From a virus (taxonomy: Duplodnaviria > Caudoviricetes): 59,912 bases of DNA. The DNA lies in IMG/VR virus record IMGVR_UViG_3300034092_003926, positions 1-59,912 of that record. One strand, written 5' to 3'. The position numbers and the translations under genes were made by a program. A model generated the notes under the pieces. It saw nothing but the letters and a program-made list of their open reading frames with translations, was not told the DNA's origin and searched no databases. How positions within the stretch are numbered: position 1 is the first letter of the stretch; each line of letters starts with the position of its first letter. Shown in pieces: positions 27,824 through 37,600 of this stretch.

Positions 27824-29728
27824 TTATGTTCTTTTTTCAAAATAATCAACTTCGCAAACATCCGCACAAATATAATCCAATGTGATTGAAAAATCCCCTT
27901 TTGGAAAGGTGGTAGATTTTTGTTTATTTACTAGAACGTAATTATTTCCTGTAATTTCATTTCCTATAATTGGTATAACAACTCCTGAAGGAATTATAAA
28001 ATCCTGTGTTGAAAAATAATTTAAGTCTAATAAGTCTAAACTTTCGTCGCATGATCCAGCTTCTAATCTTTGACTTCCTAAACAGCACTTGCCAAGATCA
28101 AAACCAAGATTACCATTAATACTTACACTAATTTTTTTAGCTGTTTGTGTTCCTAATTTTTGAATAACACTATATCCGCTAGCACAAACAGTATCATTTA
28201 ATAATTCAACATTATTATTAGGTATAACAAATTCAGCTATTACTGGTGTTGGCATTTCTACAGATAGTTGTACCTCATAATGGCTCGTTGAACAATTATA
28301 TTTATTATTATATTCAGCATTATAATTAATTGTACCTTCAAGATAATTTCTTGTCAAGGTCATTTTACTTGGTCTTAATATAGTATTAGGATTAACAGCT
28401 AATAAATCCGGTGTAATTCCTAGTGCTAATTTATATTGTTCTGTAAGATCATAACTAATAGGATCAAAAATGCCAACGACTCCAGCAACAGAATTACCAG
28501 TTAAGAGTTGTTGAGCGTAATCATTTTTATCATAAAGTGTATTTTGTTTTAATAAAAATGTTCCTTTATAAGGCCCATCAGGATTGGCTATAACGAAAGG
28601 CGCTAATGTATATGAACCACGACCAGGAACCAAGCCCTTTATTTCGCCATTGACACTAACTGTAATTTCTTGATTTTCTAAATTGGTTTCTTCATTAGCA
28701 CTGAAGGTTCTATTTATTTGTTTAGTTACTGTATGTAAAGTATTATTAGAGCAACCTATATTAAACTCATAAACTGGGCAATTTCTTTTAACAATAGCAT
28801 TATATTGTACAGAAAACGTGCCATCTGATTCTGAAACATCAAAAGTTAAGTTTTCATTATATATGCCAAAAGCTGGAACACCACCAAGCGGATCCGTCAA
28901 GTCCAATAAACCATTACCAGTGTTGGCATGTATATTGGCGAGTGTTCCTTGACCACCTATACTTAAAAATGACCCAAACATACTATCAATTTGATAAATG
29001 AGTCTTCTATGAACATATCTTTTAGCGTGTTCCCAAGCTGGTAGTGTAGTTTTATTCTCACCAACATCATATATATCGTGCTTACCTGTTGCCGATAAAG
29101 TATATGATATACTAAAATAATTATTAGTAATTTTACTAGACACTTGACCAAATGCATTAATTAAATTAATTTGATTAAATATTTCGTTGTCATTAATATC
29201 CATACTAAAATTTTCACTAAAATCTTTTATTTTATGATTTTCTATATTCAGTATGTTTGGAGAATGAAACCTATCAGCTAAATCAGGGTCATCTGCACCA
29301 TTCAATATTTCATTGGAAAGTGTTTCTTCAAGATCCTCGCCCATGTGTAAATGATTAAAGTCTATTTCTATATCAAAAGGAATATATTTACTCCAATTAT
29401 TTGGCGATTCTGCAAAATTGATTGATTTGATCTTGCTGTCTACTGCAAAAAATATGAGCTTTTCTCCAGCATAAACTTTTAATTTAGCTCCATTAGTACT
29501 AAATATGCCTTTAATAGAAGATACATCTGACATCATATTTATAATGCCATAATTATTTTGCTCTGGTTCAGCAGGTTGTGGCGACACTATGTATCCATTC
29601 AAACTCACAGTATAATAATAATTAGCAACCAAATCATTTTTATAATCCATATTAGTCGCATAGGAAATATTTTCTATTGCTTTAATTAATACATCATTAT
29701 AATAAACTGTAATTAATTCTTGTGACAT
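27824..29728 (-). CDS. Putative distal tail/baseplate protein (paralog B)
   Basis: Shares ATGKH, PAWE.AK..V, IYNE, SESDGTF, NY.EG.I.Y.A.Y, AEF.IP, IQ.L.T..AKKI with 29734-31617. Confidence 0.6.
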   Translation of the reverse strand: MSQELITVYYNDVLIKAIENISYATNMDYKNDLVANYYYTVSLNGYIVSPQPAEPEQNNYGIINMMSDVSSIKGIFSTNGAKLKVYAGEKLIFFAVDSKIKSINFAESPNNWSKYIPFDIEIDFNHLHMGEDLEETLSNEILNGADDPDLADRFHSPNILNIENHKIKDFSENFSMDINDNEIFNQINLINAFGQVSSKITNNYFSISYTLSATGKHDIYDVGENKTTLPAWEHAKRYVHRRLIYQIDSMFGSFLSIGGQGTLANIHANTGNGLLDLTDPLGGVPAFGIYNENLTFDVSESDGTFSVQYNAIVKRNCPVYEFNIGCSNNTLHTVTKQINRTFSANEETNLENQEITVSVNGEIKGLVPGRGSYTLAPFVIANPDGPYKGTFLLKQNTLYDKNDYAQQLLTGNSVAGVVGIFDPISYDLTEQYKLALGITPDLLAVNPNTILRPSKMTLTRNYLEGTINYNAEYNNKYNCSTSHYEVQLSVEMPTPVIAEFVIPNNNVELLNDTVCASGYSVIQKLGTQTAKKISVSINGNLGFDLGKCCLGSQRLEAGSCDESLDLLDLNYFSTQDFIIPSGVVIPIIGNEITGNNYVLVNKQKSTTFPKGDFSITLDYICADVCEVDYFEKRT

Positions 29729-29733
29729 AAGTT

Positions 29734-31617
29734 TTACTCCTCACATCCTTCCAGACTATCTGCTCTGCATATCAAATATGTTTTAGATAGTCTAAAAGAT
29801 CCATCAATAGGATTATATGATATCGAATATGTTTCTGGTATTAATTCAGGATGTCTAAGCTCAGTATCATGTATCATGCAATATACATTTTGAGGAATAT
29901 TAAGATAATCGTCTGTGCTACAAACATCAGCAAAGATTCCACTATAATCCACAGAAAAAGGTGTTCCGGTAACACACCCCTTTTTTGTTGTGCCTTGAAA
30001 ATCAAAAGTTATTTTTTTAGCATTGTTTGTATTTAGATCTTGTATTAATGGGCCTTGTGATCTGCCGGGTATTGTAAATTCAGCATATGTGGGCACTGAA
30101 TCACTTTCTGTAACTGTAAATGTTTCAAAACCTCTTTCCATAGCACATGATCGTTCTGTACTATATTGTGCTGTATAACTTATGCTTCCTTCAGAATAAT
30201 TATGGTCAACACTAAAAGATTGAGGAAGTGCAAGAATAGAAGAAAGAGTTGCTGATCCGTCTACACAATTAAGTAGAGCTTGAGGATTTGTGTCAGGAAA
30301 TAGAGCAGCATAATTAATAGCTAAAACTCTTTTAAATGCATCACTTAAATCGTCAGCACTATAAAAATTGTACGTGGACCTTTTTGCAATATATCCTATA
30401 AAGTCTCTTAAGGCATATGTATATTTTGTAACATCTGAAGTATTAAAAGTGTCTAAAAAATATCCATTATATGGTAAAGAAAATACCTGGCCTGTACTTT
30501 CAGTGGTCAAACCACCAGCCGACGCGGCAGATAGTATGTTTGTAGGGATCATGCCTTCAACAGTGCCGTTTACAGAAATTACTCTATCAAGATTTTGAAA
30601 ATCTCTTGTTTGATCATACGAAACAGTAAAAGTATGTATTGAATCCTGGGGAAAATTACTTATTGTAGAGTATTTTTTTAACACACATTTATATGTAGCT
30701 GTAAAAGTACCGTCACTCTCTGATGTGGCACACGTAATTGTTTCATTATATATTTTGTATTGTTGGCCAATACTTTGATGCAATATTGGTAATATGGTGG
30801 GTGTATATGATGCTTGTAATGTAGATGATAAAGCTTTATCTAAGGTGTTGCTAGCATGATTAGGAACATCTTTACTATTATAAGATGTTGTATTGAATAT
30901 GGCGGCTCCAAGTGGTCCATTAGTTCTGAATATAGCTATTTGGCTATATAATTTTTCTTGAACAAAGATTTTAGCTTTTTCCCATGCTGGTATTAACACG
31001 CCATTTGCGTCATAAAAATGTTTTCCTGTTGAGCTAATAGTATATTGAACATTAATTCTAGTATAATCTTCTGTATTTAATATTCCTTCTGGTGTTATTC
31101 TAGAATAATATGCAAACATATCTTCTTCTGAAATAGCAAAATTCCAATTGTCATTATATGTTTTGATTCCTAATAAATCATTTGCAAATTGTCCACTAGT
31201 GCTAGAATCAAGAGATATTTCTGTATTAAAGCCTGTTCCAAAAAAGACATTACTAAATTCTATTGATGCTGAAAATTTAGCATAATTAATCCATTTATTG
31301 TCTGTTGGCTCCACATTAAAAGACCTTAGTTGACCACCTTGTGCATCTATTAATAGATTATTGTCACATGTTACAATAAGTCTTTTACCATTTCTATGTA
31401 AAGTATCCTGAATATCTTTTAAAGAGACAATAGTATTAGTTAAATTGCTTTCTTCATTATTAAATTTATGATTGACAGATGATGCAAAACCGTTTAAAGT
31501 AATAACATATGTATATCCAATAATAGCATCATTTGCATATATGAACTCTTTACTTATGCTCAATATCGGAGATGGTACTATGGTTCTTCCATCATATGTT
31601 AAAACTATATTAGACAT
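29734..31617 (-). CDS. Putative distal tail/baseplate protein (paralog A)
   Basis: Immediately downstream of the tape measure gene; collinear motifs with 27824-29728. Confidence 0.6.
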   Translation of the reverse strand: MSNIVLTYDGRTIVPSPILSISKEFIYANDAIIGYTYVITLNGFASSVNHKFNNEESNLTNTIVSLKDIQDTLHRNGKRLIVTCDNNLLIDAQGGQLRSFNVEPTDNKWINYAKFSASIEFSNVFFGTGFNTEISLDSSTSGQFANDLLGIKTYNDNWNFAISEEDMFAYYSRITPEGILNTEDYTRINVQYTISSTGKHFYDANGVLIPAWEKAKIFVQEKLYSQIAIFRTNGPLGAAIFNTTSYNSKDVPNHASNTLDKALSSTLQASYTPTILPILHQSIGQQYKIYNETITCATSESDGTFTATYKCVLKKYSTISNFPQDSIHTFTVSYDQTRDFQNLDRVISVNGTVEGMIPTNILSAASAGGLTTESTGQVFSLPYNGYFLDTFNTSDVTKYTYALRDFIGYIAKRSTYNFYSADDLSDAFKRVLAINYAALFPDTNPQALLNCVDGSATLSSILALPQSFSVDHNYSEGSISYTAQYSTERSCAMERGFETFTVTESDSVPTYAEFTIPGRSQGPLIQDLNTNNAKKITFDFQGTTKKGCVTGTPFSVDYSGIFADVCSTDDYLNIPQNVYCMIHDTELRHPELIPETYSISYNPIDGSFRLSKTYLICRADSLEGCEE

Positions 31618-31623
31618 AAATTA

Positions 31624-34600
31624 CTATACTGGATAGGCTCCGTAAGTTGATCTTCCTCCTGCACCAGACGAACCAAGCTCACCACCACTTCTATTCCATT
31701 CTTTTGCCATCTTATTATTTACTTCTTTTTGAATCAACTCTACCATACGAGGTTCTAATGTGCTCCAGATTTTGTCTCCAGTGATTGTAACTTGTACTGT
31801 GTGTCTTCCTTGCATCTCTATTCTTTCTGGTATTTTTGGTAGTTTATTTGCAATATTTTCCATACGAGTTACATAAGAACCAAAACTATCCATACTAGAT
31901 TTAAATTGTGTCAAAAATGATTTGGTATTTTCATCCAAAGTTAATAGATTAACAGATGCTGTTCCGGTATTTGGCGGAGATGTTGTATCTGTTGTTGCTG
32001 TTCTTGCTGGTATTGGGGGTGCGCCGTTAGGAGTTGTAGCTTGTTGTTTTTGTTGTAATGCTTTTAAATCATTCAAGTATTCTGACAAAAATTGCTGTTG
32101 CTGTTGCGGCATATCTTCAATAGGTCGAGTTTGCGTTGATGCAACAGGATATCTCTGTCCTCTGCCTTCACGAGCTGCTTCTGCCCTGCGAGCCAAATCT
32201 TCTGATAATTTCATTTGACCTTGATCCCAATCATCTCCAAAATCAGGTAATGAGCCAAAAGTATTTTTATACTCTTCTTTGATTTTGTTCAATTCAACAA
32301 CTGCTGTTTCGTAGTCATCTTTTTCAAAGGGGTGCAGTTGATCAGAAGATGCTTTTGCAAATAAATGACGTTTATTGTATATTTTTTGTAGTCTATCTTT
32401 GAAACTTTTTACAACAAAGGGATTAGCTTCTGGACCAAGCCTAAATTCTGTAGCGTCAGTGGGCAAAGTCCCTGACGCAGCAGCTGACGCGGCGGCAGAA
32501 GGCAGAGCACTAGACGCTGGCGTACCTGTTACAGCATTAAGCTGCTTGGTTAGATCTTGCAATGCAGTAATCAATTTTATGTTTTGATCAGAGTATGACT
32601 TAATAATTGTTTTTTGAACTTCTCCTAATTTATCTATTGTCTCAATTCTTCGTTCTTCTTCTTCTTTGATCTTTGACGCAAAAGCATCTGCCATCTCATT
32701 GCTAAGAATTTTCTCCCAACTTTGTTTTTCGCCATCAAACATTCCTGCTGTTAATTTCATTATCTCTTCGGAATTAGGTAACGATCCCATCATACCTTTA
32801 ATAAGTATGCTTTCAATCTTTACGAGTTCCTGTTCTGGTAAACCTAATGATCCTTTCATTGTATCCCAGCCAGCAAAAGCCTTTGCAAAAAATTCTGGAT
32901 CCATCATACTAGCTTGACTAATAGCTTCGATATTACCGCCTTTTATAGCATCGGCAACTAATGTAGCAGCTTGTAGCTCTTGCTTTATTTGTACTCTTTC
33001 TTCAGGGTTAGCTGTTAATACTCTACGTGCAAATGATTTAGAATTAGCCGCCGTTCCTTGATAGCGTTGGAAGTCATTCATAATTTGAGCTGTTCGCTCG
33101 CTATTATTCGCTAGTTCTTCTAATGCTTGACTAAGATTATTAGCCTGCCTACCCAAAGCTGCTTCTTCTTCCATAAGTTTGGTAGCTTCTTGGAAACTAG
33201 CAGTTTCTTGTGCTTTTCTTTTTTGGGCTATTTCTTTATTAACTTTAGTTAATTCAGCATATATTGTTGTTGGATCAAGTGTTTGTCCAGCCCCACCAGC
33301 TTCGGCCAGTCTTCTAATTCTACTATCGGCAATATCTGCTCTATTAGCTGTTGGTGATCTTCCATAGATCTCATCAAGCATCATTGCTGATTCTAATCTA
33401 ATTTCATCTCCCTTGATAGTTAGCTCCAAACTTTTTTGCATAGCTTCGTTAATTTTATCTAAATTATTACCATATTGTGATAATTGGTCATTAGCGGCTT
33501 TAACTATATCTGATGCAGCTTTATTTGCAGTTTCAAATGTTTTCATAGCGGCTTGTAGTGCTGGAAATTCTTGAGCTAGTTCTTCAAAGCTTTTTCCTTG
33601 GCGACTTGTTGTTTCATTAACAAGAGAATCTTCAATTTCTTTTAACAAGCTATCTTTTGCCGATCCTGATAATCCTGCTTTTTTAAATAAATCTTCTAGT
33701 TGTGCAGTAACGCCCTTAATGTCTTCTTTACTAGTATTTCTTAATATAGCTGGTAAATTTTGTTCTACTATTCTTTGCCCTTGCAGTGACTGCGTAAGTT
33801 TAGATGCATTATCGCCGCCACCAACAAGTCCAGAAATCCTATCCAAAACATTTTTAAATTCTGTATCAGAATAAGCTGATGAATTACCCAGTATGGCCTC
33901 GTCTCTCCTATTTACACTTCCAATTCTAAAATTACCGCTCATAGCTTCTGCTAATTCATTTACAACTATTTGAGATGCTTCCATTTCAATATTAAATCTC
34001 TCAGTAAGAGCGATCATTTTGTCAAAAATTTCGATCATGCTTTCTGTTTGTAAATTAACTTCTTTCATTACTGCTGTCATACGAGTTTGCAAATTAATTT
34101 GATTTTCTTGTTCTGCTGCTAGTTCTAAACCTCTTCTATATAGCTTTTCTTGGTCTTTTAATTCTTCTCTAATACGGTCGGTATCTCCGGCAAAATTTCT
34201 ATTGATCTCTGTAGTAGCTAAATTAATAGCAGCCGCTCTCTTGGCTGCATTTACTACATCAGCACCACCAGAAGTTGCAACAAAATCTGAAACTCTTTGA
34301 TTGCCCTTTATATCAAAACCAGAGTTGATCAAAGCTGATCTTTGTGCCTCTTCAATAAATTTAGTTCTTTCTCCTAATGCTTGTTTAGCAGCAGGGTTCT
34401 TTGCTGCTTCTTCAAACTTTTTGATACTATCATTAATTTCTTCTATTGAAGATAGTTTAATTTTTCTTTCAGCTAATTGTGAAACCGATTTGACATAATT
34501 CTCAACAGCCTTAAGCTGTCCTTCCAAAGCTTGATTGTCTATATCTTTTGTCCCTTGAACGAATCTATATATGCCGTATCCTAGAGCAGCTACACCAGCA

Positions 34601-37600
34601 GCAACTAAAATAGTTCCACCACTAAGAACCACAGCAGAAAATCCGGTAATAGATGCGGCTAAAGCTGTTATGCCTGTTGTTGCGGCTGTTGCTGCAATTC
34701 CGGCTCCAGCGGCTGCTCCAACAGCAGCACCTGTTGCCAATCCAGCACCACCAGAGGCTGCTTTCTCTCCAAAAGTACTTTGTGCCTGAATTGATAAATC
34801 ATCAATATTATTTTGTATACCTCCTACTGCCTTTAAAGCATTTTTATAGTTGGCCTCATTATCATATTTACTAAGATTATCAAGAGCCTTGCTAGCAACA
34901 TCTATACTTTCATTAAGCCTACCCATAGAATTTTCTAATTTTTGTGTTTGAACACCAGTTAAAAATCCTTCTATAGCTCCCGCTATTGTTCCCCCTATTA
35001 CTCCTATAACCCCACCTATTTCTCCACCAAGTTGTTGGCCTAATGTACCTAATGATAAAGCCTGAGAGCCTGCCCCTCCTATAGCCCCAATAACCCCCGC
35101 TCCTGTTTCACTGGTACCAAACAATTTATTTTCTTTAATAGTATCTGATAGAATACTTAATCCACCCGCTATAATAGCTGGAGCACCACCTATAGCTTTT
35201 GCTGCGTCTCCTAAAGGACCAGGAAGTTTACCAAGAGCATCGTTAAGTCCATCAATACCAAGATTTTTAAATGCTTGTGCTCCTCCAAAAATATTAGCTC
35301 CTATTGCTGATTTTTTAAATTCTAAAGCTAATGAAGGAGCTAAATCTCCAACCAGCCCAAAGTCTTGAGCAGCTCGCCCTGATTGTTTGTATTCTGCTAT
35401 TTCTAAGTCTTTTGTCGTTGCCTTTACAGCGTCTGTTAGTCCACCAAATTCGCTAGACAATTGTTCTTGTGCTTGTTTTAATGCTTCTGTTTCATCTATA
35501 GTATTATTAAAAGCCTCTTTTAGAGGCCCTAATGATGCTGTTGTTGCTTTAAGCATATCATCCAGTGAATTGCCAGCTTTAATTCCTTTAATAATTTCAC
35601 CAATTGCTTTATTAACATCTGTTGCTTTAGCTGTTGGATTAAGTTCTTTTATTCTTTCTGATAATCTATTAGCAAATGCTTTACGAGATTCTCTATCTCC
35701 TAAACCTTTTGCTGATGTTCTCAAAATATCAGTTCTAAGATTAGCTCTTGTTTCTTTTCTTTCTTGTGTTATTTTTAAAGCATTGTTTATTGTTTGTGCT
35801 TTGAGTTGAGCTTCAAAAGCTTTTAAGCTAATGCCAGCTCTTTTTGCTGCATCTTCAAAAGCCGCTATAACTTCTGGGGTTGCTGTTCCACCACTAGCTA
35901 ATCTTTGAACATATCCTACTGGACCACCCTTATTGTATCCTTGTATTTTATCCGCCCTATTCATCTTATGAAGTTTAGCATAACCAATTTTTTGAGCAGC
36001 TTTTTTATTGATAACAAATTCGCCCGGAGTTAACAAAGCAGGCACAGTATCTTGTGGCGATCCTCCGTTGGCAAATTTTTTTCTTTTCTTTAACAGCGAA
36101 GGGTCGATATTTGGACCATAATCATACATTAGAGATGAAGCCATAGAGTCGGCCATCTCTTGTAATTGAACTAGATTACCAGCCTGCTTGAAATCTGCAT
36201 AATTACCAACATTATTTCCTTCTTGTTTTAAGCCACCTAATATATTATAACCAAAACCTCTTTTACGTTTACTTATTCTAAAATTCATTTCTGGATATTT
36301 ATCTAAAATTTCTTTTTTAATTTTTTCAAACTCTGACTCTCCAACTTTTCCTCCAAAAGCAAATTTTTCAATAAAATATCTTTGTGCTTCACCCCAAAGT
36401 CTGGTTAGTGCGCTACTATCATTTGTTCGTTTAGTATCTGTGGGTAATGTTGATTTAATTCCCCATTTGCTAGCACTGGGACCTAGACCTTTCGGAAAAT
36501 CTATTGGTCTATTAGGATCAGCATCGTCTGAAGAAACATTCACCCCTAAAGATTTAACAAGTTCTTCAAGAGCATACCCTTGCATAACAGCCATACTTTT
36601 AGATGATGATGCGTTACCTGTATCTATGCCTTTTGGTTCAGAGTACAGATATCCTTTCTTTCCCGCGCCCATAATAGCTTCAATATTTTGTAAATTATCA
36701 TCTATGAGTGTCTCCATCTCTGATAGATTGTTAACTTTATTTAATCCACCAGTAACACCAGTAATTTTGCTTTCTGGTATTGGGAGTTGAAGTTCTGCTA
36801 ATTTAGCTGCTAATAATGGAGCATTACTCGGCGGTCGCGCTGTAAGAACTCTAATACTATCCATTAATTGTGGATAATCTGTAATTCTGTTTGATAATTC
36901 TTTACCTAGCAAAGTCAATTCTGCATTAGCTAAAGCCTCTTTTACTTTTTCCAGATCATTATATGCTCTTATATCAATTCCACCATTAGGAGCAAAAATA
37001 TCTGCTCCTTTGACAAGAGTGTCATCAAAATCAAATGCTAATGGTCCACCAGTACCAAAAATATCAGTATATTGAAATTTTTCTGCTCCTCTGACCGAGA
37101 CTCCAGCAAGATCTTCTTGAATAGATTTAATAGCATCAGCATATCTTGTTGGTAAACTTTTTCTAACAACTTGTGTAAGAAATTTTTCTCCATTCTTACC
37201 TGTTAATTCTCTGGCATCACTAATGCTCTCATATCCTAACTGACCATTAGGGCCAAATAAACTAACTAAACCAAACTGATAGGCTCCACCGGCTGCCGCT
37301 CTCATATTTCTATCAAGTTGATTTCTTGCTGCCCCTTCTTTACCTTTTTTAACGCCTTCTGCTTCTCTTAATACCTTTTCTAAAAATGGAGCTAATCTTC
37401 CAGAGTTGGAATCTGCTCTTAAAGATCTGCTATCTAATAATTTACTACTTGTTCTAACGCCAGAAGCCTTGACAGCTTCAGCTACTGCTGCTGGCGCTAA
37501 ATCTTTAACACTAGTAGGACCACCAAGAGCTCTAATTCTTTCCAAAATACTATCATCAATTCTACTGGTTGTAGAAACTCCACCCTCAACAAATTTTTGC

